18,499 nt of DNA from a virus: UHGV virus genome UHGV-0188240, one strand, 5' to 3'. Shown here in pieces: positions 7,296 to 16,111 of the stretch. Under the pieces are notes generated by a model that ran no database searches, was not told where the DNA came from, and saw only the letters and a list, made by a program, of their open reading frames with translations. Made by a program: the position numbers and the translations under genes. Position 1 is the first letter of the stretch, and the number at the start of each line of letters is the position of its first letter.

Positions 7296-7926
7296 TTCCA
7301 ACCTCCGCATCAAAGCATTGGGCTTCAAGAGACTTAACCATCACCACACTGCCATCTGTATTAATAACTATCGATGAGTTATATTTGCTTATCAGTTGCT
7401 TCGCGTAATCAATTCCGGCGCGAATAAGGAAATTTTTCACCGCAGGAAGATGACCAACTACACTACCCAGACCTTGCTCTATAAGCTCCTCATTAAGATC
7501 AAGCTCATTTTCATGGCGAAAAGAAATGAATGAGTCGTAAATTGCGTATTCTGCCGTCTCGCCATTTCTTTCAGGGCCAACCAGCGCCCTTATTTCATTT
7601 AGAGATTCAGAAAGCTCATTATCTTCAAGCTTGAAAAACTCTCGATTATCACTAAGCCTCTCTTTTGCAAAGGCTTTATGCATGAGTTTTTCATCTGATG
7701 CGGGATTATTTGAATGAAAGGCTGCTATCACCTTAAATGGCTTAGGAACGCCAGTAGAGGCTGAAATTTCTTTAGCCCTAACTTCTGGTGAATGCTTAGT
7801 CATCCCAATCTTATAAATTCCTGGCATGCACTCATTAGAAAGCACATAAACAAAGCCATTTGATTTAAAATCATCTGGCACCTTCATGCTCTTCAGAACC
7901 TGGAATTTGTCATTTTCGTATGTCAT
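7282..7926 (-). CDS. GIY-YIG-like (T5orf172-type) domain protein inserted between cII and O
   Basis: 214 aa; GFVYVLSN...GIYKIGMT followed by conserved R and E positions resembles GIY-YIG / T5orf172 fold; strong SD AGGAG 5 nt upstream; 3' end overlaps the O start by 14 nt. Confidence 0.55.
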   Translation of the reverse strand: MTYENDKFQVLKSMKVPDDFKSNGFVYVLSNECMPGIYKIGMTKHSPEVRAKEISASTGVPKPFKVIAAFHSNNPASDEKLMHKAFAKERLSDNREFFKLEDNELSESLNEIRALVGPERNGETAEYAIYDSFISFRHENELDLNEELIEQGLGSVVGHLPAVKNFLIRAGIDYAKQLISKYNSSIVINTDGSVVMVKSLEAQCFDAEVGNEPG

Positions 7927-7960
7927 AATTACTCCTGTGGATTGATCCAGTCTTTCTACA

Positions 7961-8239
7961 TCAGGCCTCGAAGAATTCGCCGTTCTTCGGGGCTTTTTCT
8001 TTTGTCAGCATTCTGGCTACTTTCTTAGCCAGTTCCGCCAACTCCTCGTCTTCAACACCCCATTCAAGAACAGCCAGAAGCATTCCCATTTTGGGGATGA
8101 AGCTATCTTTCCATCGCGAAATTTGCGATTCATTAATCCCTAACGCGTCGGCAACCTTTCGCTGACCACGTACAGCAATTCGATTCAGGATGTTGCTTGT
8201 AATTGCATTCGCTTTCTTGCGAGTACTTGTAAGTTGCAT
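7961..8239 (-). CDS. cII: cII-like transcriptional activator
   Basis: 92 aa from ATG 8239; QISRWK and MLLAVLEWGV motifs shared with recalled lambda cII; upstream leader (nutR to SD) looks lambda-like, coding region is divergent. Confidence 0.75.
   Translation of the reverse strand: MQLTSTRKKANAITSNILNRIAVRGQRKVADALGINESQISRWKDSFIPKMGMLLAVLEWGVEDEELAELAKKVARMLTKEKAPKNGEFFEA
7969..8003 (+). terminator. candidate plus-strand terminator antisense to the cII 3' end (oop-like position)
   Basis: 7-bp perfect stem CGAAGAA / TTCTTCG with 7-nt loop, then GGGC and TTTTTCTTTT; no convincing promoter identified. Confidence 0.25.
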
Positions 8240-8250
8240 ATGTAAGTATT
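8217..8250 (+). promoter_or_regulatory. candidate PRE-like region with cII-site-like repeat
   Basis: TTGC-N6-TTGT (8217-8230) followed by CATATGTAAGTATTTCC, a lambda-like stretch as recalled; oriented toward cI; tentative because this cII is divergent. Confidence 0.3.
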
Positions 8251-8318
8251 TCCTTAGATAACAATTGATTGAATGTATGCAAATAAATGCATACACCATA
8301 GGTGTGGTTTAATTTGAT

Positions 8319-8350
8319 GCCCTTTTTCAGGGCGGGGATGTGTAAGAGCG
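8319..8350 (-). promoter_or_regulatory. nutR (boxA CGCTCTTA and boxB GCCCTGAAAAAGGGC) with tR1 region downstream
   Basis: Minus-strand reading CGCTCTTACACATCCCCGCCCTGAAAAAGGGCATCAAATTAAACCACACCT matches recalled lambda nutR. Confidence 0.7.
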
Positions 8351-8358
8351 GGAATGTC

Positions 8359-9711
<1,353 letters not shown>

Positions 9712-9730
9712 TCCCCACCTCAATCTCGAT

Positions 9731-9779
9731 AACCAAAAAACAAACTATTTTCCGTTTAAAAACAACGGAGTTTGTTTTT
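9731..9779 (+). terminator. intrinsic terminator ending the cI operon
   Basis: Inverted repeat CAAACT...AGTTTG with inner CCGTT/AACGG pairing, followed by TTTTT. Confidence 0.5.
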
Positions 9780-9782
9780 CAC

Positions 9783-9824
9783 GCCTCTTTTTACAATATT
9801 TCTTGTTTACAGTATACAATCTTT
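9783..9824 (+). promoter_or_regulatory. OL operators (434 type) and candidate PL promoter
   Basis: ACAATATTTCTTGT (9783-9796) and ACAATCTTTCTTGT (9806-9819) fit ACAA-N6-TTGT; candidate -35 TTTACA (9796-9801) and -10 TAATTT (9819-9824) with 17-nt spacing. Confidence 0.6.
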
Positions 9825-9873
9825 CTTGTAATTTTAAGCCATCAGCAGGACGCGCTAACCACCATGAAGGTGA

Positions 9874-9904
9874 TGCTCTTAAAAATTAAGCCCTGAAGAA
9901 GGGC
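9874..9904 (+). promoter_or_regulatory. nutL (boxA GCTCTTAA region and boxB GCCCTGAAGAAGGGC)
   Basis: GATGCTCTTAAAAATTAAGCCCTGAAGAAGGGCAGCA matches recalled lambda nutL; boxB hairpin at 9890-9904. Confidence 0.75.
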
Positions 9905-10172
9905 AGCATTCAAAGCAGAAGGCTTTGGGGTGTGGTGAAGCCAGCTAGTCACTGGCAAGTGCTTACCTACTGTTGAGCGGTGAAGCGCTCCCAACGCTAG
10001 CAATAGCGTGGACGAGATGGGGAGCCGCGGGCGATAAGGCCGCCATAACGCGCACGTTGTCGCATGGAAAAATCGCTGGGGTGCCGGTTATACCCCTCCG
10101 AATGAGACTCAACAAGCTGGAGCTAGACTACCAGCCACCACACCACCAAAGCTAACTGACAGGAGAATCCAG

Positions 10173-10505
10173 ATGGATGCACAAACACGCCGCCGCGAAC
10201 GTCGCGCAGAGAAACAGGCTCAATGGAAAGCAGCAAATCCCCTGTTGGTTGGGGTAAGCGCAAAACCAGTTAACCGCCCTATTCTCTCGCTGAATCGCAA
10301 ACCGAAATCACGAGTAGAAAGCGCACTGAATCCTATAGACCTTACGGTGCTAGCTGAATACCACGAACAGATTGAAAGCAACCTGCAACGTATTGAGCGC
10401 AAGAATCAGCGCACATGGTACAGCAAGCCACGCAGTGAAATGGGTGTGACTTGCTCAGGCCGCCAGAAGCAACGCGGAAAATCAATTCCAGCTTATTACG
10501 ATTGA
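10173..10505 (+). CDS. N: antiterminator N, lambda type
   Basis: MDAQTRRRERRAEKQAQWKAANPLLVGVSAKPVNRPILSLNRKPKSRVESALNPIDLTVLAEY matches recalled lambda N including the Arg-rich boxB-binding motif; C-terminus diverges. Confidence 0.9.
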   Translation: MDAQTRRRERRAEKQAQWKAANPLLVGVSAKPVNRPILSLNRKPKSRVESALNPIDLTVLAEYHEQIESNLQRIERKNQRTWYSKPRSEMGVTCSGRQKQRGKSIPAYYD

Positions 10506-10513
10506 GGTGAGCC

Positions 10514-10678
10514 ATGCTCAAGAAAGTCAAACGCCGACTTTACAAAGAAGGTGGATATTCATGCCAGTTGCCAAAATGCGACACAACAAAATGGAATGTC
10601 GATGATTGGTGTAACTGGATAGATAGATACGGAACTTGGTGGGAACGTATTTATTTTCGCAGCAAACCACTTATTTGA
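10514..10678 (+). CDS. hypothetical 54-aa Trp/Cys-rich protein (not in ORF track)
   Basis: MLKKVKRRLYKEGGYSCQLPKCDTTKWNVDDWCNWIDRYGTWWERIYFRSKPLI; SD GAGGTGAG 4 nt upstream of ATG; stop lies 8 nt before the next start. Confidence 0.4.
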   Translation: MLKKVKRRLYKEGGYSCQLPKCDTTKWNVDDWCNWIDRYGTWWERIYFRSKPLI

Positions 10679-10686
10679 GGTTAGAT

Positions 10687-11136
10687 ATGGAAGAACAAGC
10701 AAACAAGATTCTCGTAGAACTACTGCAAAAAGCCAGTAATGGAATAGACGCGGCTGTTTCATTCAGCCAGGCACAGATTCCTGATGTTGTTCATCAGTTG
10801 CTGCTATGGAATATGGTTGACAGTCTGATTAAAACATTAATGGCCATTTTAACAATCCCACTGGTTTTCTGGTTTATGAAGAAGCAGTGCCAAAGAGTTG
10901 AGACAGGTAAAATCGGTGATGAAGGATATTCATGGGAGAAAGGAAATCCCAAATACAGGCCGACAATGGTTTGGGATAGCAAAGGTGATATTAATCTTCT
11001 TATCATGCCATTGGTTGTAGTTTTGACTCTGTGGGGGATTTTTATTATTGGTGTAGTAACCAATATGACTTGGTTAAAAATTTGGCTGGCCCCAAAGCTT
11101 TACCTTATCGAATATGCAGCATCATTGGTTAAGTAA
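10687..11136 (+). CDS. hypothetical membrane protein with two predicted TM segments (possible SieB-like exclusion protein, unverified)
   Basis: 149 aa from ATG 10687 (SD GAGG 6 nt upstream); hydrophobic stretches LIKTLMAILTIPLVFWFM and LLIMPLVVVLTLWGIFIIGVV; AT-rich by eye; position just after N. Confidence 0.5.
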   Translation: MEEQANKILVELLQKASNGIDAAVSFSQAQIPDVVHQLLLWNMVDSLIKTLMAILTIPLVFWFMKKQCQRVETGKIGDEGYSWEKGNPKYRPTMVWDSKGDINLLIMPLVVVLTLWGIFIIGVVTNMTWLKIWLAPKLYLIEYAASLVK

Positions 11137-11140
11137 TTTC

Positions 11141-11168
11141 AGGCCGCATAGTCGGCCTTTATTTTTGG
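11141..11168 (+). terminator. intrinsic terminator, copy 1 of a repeated intergenic element
   Basis: Hairpin AGGCCG-catagt-CGGCCT followed by TTATTTTTGG; same element recurs at 11915. Confidence 0.5.
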
Positions 11169-11190
11169 CATAAATACACAGAGGTGAATA

Positions 11191-11442
11191 ATGACAGTAG
11201 GAAGAATGAAAAGGCCATGGAATGTTGTTGGCGCTGGATTTAACGATGATGGGGTTTATTTCACGTTTGACGATACAACCATCCATCGAGGTGATGTGAG
11301 ATTGATGGAGGCAGCTCCTGATTTGCTCGAAGCCCTGCAAGCGATGCTAAACAAGGCATACAAGCAAAACTGGAATGACCATTATCCTGATGAAGTATCG
11401 AAAGCACAGTCAGCAATCAGCAAAGCCCTTGGAGATGAGTAA
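11191..11442 (+). CDS. hypothetical protein, paralog A (C-terminal AAPDLLEAL...AISKALG motif)
   Basis: 83 aa; SD GAGGTG upstream; C-terminal 45 residues are paralogous to the ORF at 11957. Confidence 0.5.
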   Translation: MTVGRMKRPWNVVGAGFNDDGVYFTFDDTTIHRGDVRLMEAAPDLLEALQAMLNKAYKQNWNDHYPDEVSKAQSAISKALGDE

Positions 11443-11445
11443 TAT

Positions 11446-11916
11446 ATGACAAAATCATGGAGCGTACCTTTTCCTGAATCAGAAACTGAACATGATGGAA
11501 TGCCTGTTTTCTGGAGATTCCAAGCGACAGTTGAAGAAGATGGAATCAAAATATTCGCACTTCAATATATAGCTTTTCATCAGACAGAGCATTATGCATG
11601 GTTGGTTCCTGCGCATTGGATTGTTAATTTTAAACCAGCACCAAATCAGTGGTTACAGGAATGGAAACAAAGGAGAAATAGATATGCAATTAAGAAAGTA
11701 GCAAAAAATGCAGAAAGATCTTTTGCGTTCCCGACGAAGAAACTTGCCATTGAAAGTTTATTGCGCCGGAAGAAATACCATTTGATGAGAATCAAACAAG
11801 ATTTGGCTGTTGTATCAACTCTTGTTGATGGGATGAAGAATATTGATACATCAACACCAGATATTGAATATAACTTTGGACACAACCAAGAAACAGAAAA
11901 TTGGGTATTCTACTAG
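11446..11916 (+). CDS. hypothetical protein
   Basis: 156 aa; AT-rich by eye; starts 4 nt after the upstream stop; no recognised family. Confidence 0.5.
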   Translation: MTKSWSVPFPESETEHDGMPVFWRFQATVEEDGIKIFALQYIAFHQTEHYAWLVPAHWIVNFKPAPNQWLQEWKQRRNRYAIKKVAKNAERSFAFPTKKLAIESLLRRKKYHLMRIKQDLAVVSTLVDGMKNIDTSTPDIEYNFGHNQETENWVFY

Positions 11917-11942
11917 GCCGCATAGTCGGCCTTTATTTTTGG
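11915..11942 (+). terminator. intrinsic terminator, copy 2 of the repeated intergenic element
   Basis: Identical hairpin AGGCCG-catagt-CGGCCT plus TTATTTTT; followed, like copy 1, by GGCATAAA...CAGAGGTG and an ATG. Confidence 0.5.
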
Positions 11943-11956
11943 CATAAACAACAGAG

Positions 11957-12241
11957 GTGGATATGAAAGAGTTTAAGGGTACGCCTGGTAAATGGAAGTA
12001 CACGGTTAGAAACGTCAACGAGATGATGACTACGTTCCATGGTGTGACGATTGGTGACACATACATTGAAGCAGCAACAAGAAATGAAAGGGAGGATGCG
12101 CTACTGATAGCAGCAGCTCCTGATTTGCTTGAAGCACTGCAAGAGCTTGTCTTCCTTTACGAGCATGACGAAGGGTGCAGAGAGTTAACCGAATACAAAC
12201 GAGCCAAGGCAGCCATCAGCAAGGCCCTGGGGGAAGAATGA
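11957..12241 (+). CDS. hypothetical protein, paralog B (C-terminal AAPDLLEAL...AISKALG motif)
   Basis: 94 aa; SD GAGGTGG upstream; C-terminal domain shared with the ORF at 11191. Confidence 0.5.
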   Translation: MDMKEFKGTPGKWKYTVRNVNEMMTTFHGVTIGDTYIEAATRNEREDALLIAAAPDLLEALQELVFLYEHDEGCRELTEYKRAKAAISKALGEE

Positions 12242-12399
12242 TGAATAAGAAATACATTGTTGAAGTTATAGAGCGAGAAACGAAAGAAGTAATTAAACAT
12301 TTCGAATTTGATAATTATAGAAAAGCTGACCGCGTAGAAGAGGGATTGTTGCGACAAAGTAATCTCGAAAAATTTGATGTTGTCATGCGATGCGAATAA
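12238..12399 (+). CDS. hypothetical small protein
   Basis: 53 aa from ATG 12238 (ATGA overlap with upstream stop, G-rich SD); the track ORF from 12175 is a longer in-frame version. Confidence 0.4.
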   Translation: MMNKKYIVEVIERETKEVIKHFEFDNYRKADRVEEGLLRQSNLEKFDVVMRCE

Positions 12400-12492
12400 G
12401 CACCTATAGCAGATTTGCGAGTCTGCTATGTGAGCAATGTCGCTCGTAACTAAACAGGAGCCGACTTGTTCTGATTATTGGAAATCTTCTTT

Positions 12493-12519
12493 GCCCTCCA
12501 GTGTGAGGGCAATTTTTTT
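12493..12519 (+). terminator. intrinsic terminator
   Basis: GCCCTC-cagtgt-GAGGGC hairpin followed by AATTTTTTT. Confidence 0.5.
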
Positions 12520-12531
12520 GACGGAGGATAT

Positions 12532-13500
12532 ATGAGTGAAGTAACAGATTTAGTTGTTATTGAAAAAGCAAATGCAATGACTGTATTTCAGTCTGCCGAC
12601 CAGATTGAAGAAATCCTTCAAAAGGTTGAACGTGAAGTTATGTCCTTTGTGCCTGATATCACAACGGCAAAGGGCAGAAAGGAGATCGCTTCTCTGGCGT
12701 ATAAAGTTGCGCAGACGAAAACATATCTCGATGGTCTTGGCAAAGACCTTGTTGCTGAACTGAAGGAAATTCCAAAGCTAATTGATGCCAACCGCAAGAC
12801 AGTGCGTGATCGCCTTGATGAGCTGAAAGCCAAGGCGCGCCAGCCTCTTACTGATTATGAGGAAGAACAGGCGCGGATTAAAGCCGAAGAAGAAGCTAAG
12901 GCAGCAGCTGAAGCTCTCGCAAAGCAAATTGAGTCTGACCATGAAATAGCTATTTTGATGGATCGCGAATTTGACCGCCAAAGAGAAGAGGCAAGACTCA
13001 AAGCGGAGCAGGAAAAGCGAGAGCATGAAGAACGCTTAAAAAGAGAAGCTGAAGAGAAAGCCAGAGCAGAAGCCGAAGCAAAGGCAAAAGCCGAAATTGA
13101 AGCAGCAGCAAGGCGAGAAGCAGAAGCTAAGGCCGCAGCGGAACGTGCAGAGCGTGAACGCATTGAAGCCGAGCAACGAGCACAGCGCGAAGCAAAAGAG
13201 GCAGCAGAACGAGCTGAAAGAGAAAAGCAGGCGGCAATTGAAGCAGAACGCCGAAAAGCACAGGAGGAGGCTGAACGAATCCGGCGCGAGGCTGAAGCAA
13301 AAGAGCAAGCCAGAATAGCAGAAGAAAAAAGAATCAAGGACGAAGAAGAGCGTAGAGCAAAGGATAAAGCTCACCGGAAAGAAGTAAATAACAAAATACT
13401 TGCTGACCTTATCAAGGTTGGTGCATCAGAAGATGTTGCTAAAAATATCATAACAGCCATCGTAAAAGGCGAAGTATTCGCAACAAAAATAACCTACTAA
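12532..13500 (+). CDS. hypothetical coiled-coil protein with a long low-complexity Glu/Ala/Arg/Lys-rich central region
   Basis: 322 aa from ATG 12532 (SD GGAGG); central region made of degenerate EAEAKAKAE / ERAEREK-type repeats between structured N- and C-terminal segments. Confidence 0.6.
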   Translation: MSEVTDLVVIEKANAMTVFQSADQIEEILQKVEREVMSFVPDITTAKGRKEIASLAYKVAQTKTYLDGLGKDLVAELKEIPKLIDANRKTVRDRLDELKAKARQPLTDYEEEQARIKAEEEAKAAAEALAKQIESDHEIAILMDREFDRQREEARLKAEQEKREHEERLKREAEEKARAEAEAKAKAEIEAAARREAEAKAAAERAERERIEAEQRAQREAKEAAERAEREKQAAIEAERRKAQEEAERIRREAEAKEQARIAEEKRIKDEEERRAKDKAHRKEVNNKILADLIKVGASEDVAKNIITAIVKGEVFATKITY

Positions 13501-13524
13501 TAAAACCAACATAAGGAACCACCC

Positions 13525-13656
13525 ATGATTTACGCAATCGCGGGAGGCGCTCGCATGGGTGCCTTCCAATTAAATGAATCTTTACTTGAACGAATCACCC
13601 GTAAATTACGTGACGGATGGAAAAGAGTTGAGGTCTTATTATGCGCAATGAAATAG
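13525..13656 (+). CDS. cIII: cIII-like protein (FtsH-inhibitor family), not in ORF track
   Basis: 43 aa MIYAIAGGARMGAFQLNESLLERITRKLRDGWKRVEVLLCAMK; ESLLERITRKLRDGWKR core matches recalled lambda cIII; SD AGGAA 6 nt upstream. Confidence 0.7.
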   Translation: MIYAIAGGARMGAFQLNESLLERITRKLRDGWKRVEVLLCAMK

Positions 13657-13793
13657 CCATCAATCACCAGATGCTTCGTGCTGCACAGAACAAAGCAGTA
13701 ATAGCCAGATTTATTGGTGATTCAAAAATGTGGCTTGAAGCAAATAAAGCGATGAAATCAGCTATCAACCTTCCGTGGTATCGCAGGAAATGA
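13641..13793 (+). CDS. kil: Kil-like small protein (host division inhibitor family), not in ORF track
   Basis: 50 aa; ARFIGDSKMW resembles the FIGDEKMF segment I recall in lambda Kil; overlaps the cIII 3' end in another frame, as in lambda; SD GAGG upstream. Confidence 0.45.
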   Translation: MRNEIAINHQMLRAAQNKAVIARFIGDSKMWLEANKAMKSAINLPWYRRK

Positions 13794-13948
13794 GTTTTAC
13801 AGATAACTGGTCAGACGAAGAATTCATTCGTCAGATGAAAGAATTAATCGGTAACGAAGGAGATATTCATGTCACTTGCAACCACAGTGAAGGAGAGCAA
13901 GTTACAGAGACGCATGTACACGCAGAAAGCTCTCTGGTATCGCCATAA
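13790..13948 (+). CDS. hypothetical small protein at the P22 arf position
   Basis: 52 aa; ATGA overlap with the kil-like stop; call is positional only. Confidence 0.3.
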   Translation: MSFTDNWSDEEFIRQMKELIGNEGDIHVTCNHSEGEQVTETHVHAESSLVSP

Positions 13949-14049
13949 TGGCGACCGCGAAGGAATGCGGGTATGCCTTAATTTGTCCCGAGTCGAAGTA
14001 TTAAATCAGCGTTATTTCCTTGGGGAATGTCCATTCTGAGAACAATCAT

Positions 14050-14655
14050 ATGAGCAAAGAATTTTACGCAAGACTGGCAGCTATTCAGGAGAATCTGAAC
14101 GCGCCAAAGAATCAGTACAACTCATTCGGAAAATATAAATACAGAAGCTGCGAAGACATTCTTGAAGGCGTTAAGCCGTTACTGAATGGCCTGTTTTTAT
14201 CAATCAGCGATGAAGTTGTGTTGATTGGTGATCGGTATTACGTGAAAGCCACGGCAACTATTACCGATGGCGAAAACAGTCATACGGCAACCGCTCTTGC
14301 ACGAGAGGAAGAAAGCAAGAAAGGGATGGATTCTGCACAAGTTACGGGAGCTACAAGCTCTTATGCACGCAAGTATTGCCTCAATGGTTTGTTCGGCATT
14401 GATGATGCGAAAGATGCAGATACAGACGAGCATAAACATCAGCAGAACGCAGTAGCAAAGCAATCAAAACCATCACCTACACCTGAACAGGTTCTAAAAG
14501 CATTCACTGACGCAGCAATGCAGAAAAACACCGTGGAAGAGCTTAAACAGGCGTTCGCCAAAGCGTGGAAGATGCTCGAAGGAACACCGGAGCAGCACAA
14601 AGCGCAGGACGTTTACAACATCAGACGAGACGAATTAGAAGGAGCGGCTGCTTAA
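14050..14655 (+). CDS. erf: Erf-family single-strand annealing recombinase
   Basis: MSKEFYARLA...NQYNSFGKYKYRSCEDILEGVKPLL...GDRYYVKATATITDGENSH...YARKYCLNGLFGIDD closely matches recalled P22 Erf; start at ATG 14050, not track start 14020. Confidence 0.85.
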   Translation: MSKEFYARLAAIQENLNAPKNQYNSFGKYKYRSCEDILEGVKPLLNGLFLSISDEVVLIGDRYYVKATATITDGENSHTATALAREEESKKGMDSAQVTGATSSYARKYCLNGLFGIDDAKDADTDEHKHQQNAVAKQSKPSPTPEQVLKAFTDAAMQKNTVEELKQAFAKAWKMLEGTPEQHKAQDVYNIRRDELEGAAA

Positions 14656-15038
14656 TGGCACATTCGATTACTGTAAGACTAAACAAGCCCGCAAGAGAGT
14701 TTCAGGCCGGGGAAAATATCGGATTCAACATCCGTGCTGGCGTTCAGTATTACGATCGCCAGACAAAAAAGAAAGAATGGACAAACTACAGCGCCGTTGT
14801 ATTTGCCAAGCCGGGAGCGCAAGCGGATTACTACCGTAGTGTTCTTGTTGAAGGTGGCATTGTGGAAATTACCGGAGAAAACATCAGGGTTGATGTTTAT
14901 CAGGGGCAAAATGGTCAATCAATCACTCTTGAATTACTGAATGCAAAGATTGGATTTGCAACCTCAGGAAACAGCCAACAGCAGCAAAGTAGCAATCATC
15001 AAAATCATCCTGAATACGACGATTCAATTCCCTTCTAA
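14655..15038 (+). CDS. ssb: single-stranded DNA-binding protein (SSB)
   Basis: 127 aa from ATG 14655 (TAATG overlap with erf stop); Gln/Ser-rich linker and C-terminal acidic tail ending DDSIPF, the characteristic SSB tip; track ORF has an unsupported N-terminal extension. Confidence 0.7.
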   Translation: MAHSITVRLNKPAREFQAGENIGFNIRAGVQYYDRQTKKKEWTNYSAVVFAKPGAQADYYRSVLVEGGIVEITGENIRVDVYQGQNGQSITLELLNAKIGFATSGNSQQQQSSNHQNHPEYDDSIPF

Positions 15039-15061
15039 AGTAGCAACATAAGGATTCCATT

Positions 15062-15358
15062 ATGCCAGCGCCTATGTATGGTGCGGATGACCCGCGCCGC
15101 TGTTCCGGTAGCTCCAAGGCGGAGGTGCTGGAAAATATCAAAAACAATTTCGACACGTTTATCGATCTGCCACCAGAAACAAAAGCAGAACGGATGTACC
15201 GACGCGATATACAACTCGCGTTAAAAGATGAGAAGGACCGAACAAACGAAACAGCAATGAGACCGTTGCGAAAAGCGACAATAGACAAATTCCCTGAATA
15301 TATCGACCCGCGCCTGCGTAATTACCGCTCACGCTATGGCGCTATCAGTAATGACTGA
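15062..15358 (+). CDS. hypothetical protein (possibly Abc2-like anti-RecBCD; positional inference only)
   Basis: 98 aa; SD AGGA 7 nt upstream; size and position after erf match P22 abc2 as recalled, sequence not verified. Confidence 0.45.
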   Translation: MPAPMYGADDPRRCSGSSKAEVLENIKNNFDTFIDLPPETKAERMYRRDIQLALKDEKDRTNETAMRPLRKATIDKFPEYIDPRLRNYRSRYGAISND

Positions 15359-15368
15359 GGAATTTACC

Positions 15369-15533
15369 ATGAGAGGACTTGCATACAATCCCGGCATTCT
15401 TCCGGCAGAAATGATTATTCGCCAACGCGTAAAGCCAATGCCATCGAGAGAGGAATTGCTTAAGAGAAATTCTTTTCCATCAGTGAATCAAAACAAATAT
15501 CTGAATGCTATGTGGCGGAGTGGGAAGAAATGA
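15369..15533 (+). CDS. hypothetical small protein
   Basis: 54 aa from ATG 15369 (SD AGGAA 6 nt upstream); alternative in-frame starts at 15351 and 15336. Confidence 0.3.
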   Translation: MRGLAYNPGILPAEMIIRQRVKPMPSREELLKRNSFPSVNQNKYLNAMWRSGKK

Positions 15534-16111
15534 AACAAATGTCACTAATTGAGATGGATGGTTTTCTGAAAGGTAAATGCATCCCCCGAGATTTAAAGGT
15601 TAACGAAACAAACGCTGAATATCTTGTCCGTAAGTTCGGTGAACTTGAATCAAAACTAGAAACGGCGTTGCGGGAGTGTCGTTCTGCTGGAATCACGATT
15701 GATAACCTTGAGGCCAAGTGCGCGGCGCTGGCTGTGGAGAATGCGTGGCTGAATAAATTTATCGTACAGAGTTGCTACGTGTTTGACGGCGAGCAGGGTG
15801 AACTATCTGATGCGTATATCTGCGCAATAGACGGAAGGATGCCGCAAACCCAAGTCACCGACGCTTTTTGGGATGAAGTGAAGACTGAAGCACGCAAGGA
15901 AGGCGCTTACTTTGTGGCGAACAGAATGCTGGCTGCCTGGGATGCTGGTTTTATTGATGATACTGCGAAGAACGCAGCGGATATTGCCCGGATGATTCTT
16001 ACCTCAACTGAGTTTATGGCTAATGCGCCGGAAGGCGATTTTGACCGCTCATTCTCTGATGGCGTTCTCGAAGATATCGCCGACCAGCTTCGCAAAGGAG
16101 GCAACCAGTGA
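15530..16111 (+). CDS. hypothetical protein, Ead/Ea22-like region
   Basis: 193 aa from ATG 15530 (ATGA overlap with upstream stop); track start 15512 is a GTG; acidic, predicted helical. Confidence 0.5.
   Translation: MKQMSLIEMDGFLKGKCIPRDLKVNETNAEYLVRKFGELESKLETALRECRSAGITIDNLEAKCAALAVENAWLNKFIVQSCYVFDGEQGELSDAYICAIDGRMPQTQVTDAFWDEVKTEARKEGAYFVANRMLAAWDAGFIDDTAKNAADIARMILTSTEFMANAPEGDFDRSFSDGVLEDIADQLRKGGNQ

Noticed and set aside
7900-7960. An oop-type promoter upstream of the candidate antisense terminator at 7969-8003
   Set aside because: No -35/-10 pair with acceptable spacing found, so only the terminator-like hairpin is reported, at low confidence.
9973-10155. 60-aa plus-strand ORF in the nutL-N leader
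   Set aside because: Lies in the lambda-like N leader, has no SD, and has a biased Ala/Gly/Arg composition typical of a non-coding frame.
10220-10530. Minus-strand ORFs 10220..10402 and 10342..10530 overlapping N
   Set aside because: Antisense to a well-supported N gene, no SD.
12618-13374. Several minus-strand ORFs (12618..12833, 12778..13026, 12855..13337, 13036..13374) with Ser/Ala/Cys/Phe-rich low-complexity translations
   Set aside because: They are antisense to the repetitive GAA/GCA-rich coding DNA of the coiled-coil gene; low-complexity repeats stay open in several frames, and they lack SDs.
14200-14463. Minus-strand ORF inside erf and plus-strand alternative-frame ORF 14267..14455
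   Set aside because: Both overlap the well-supported erf reading frame and have no independent support.
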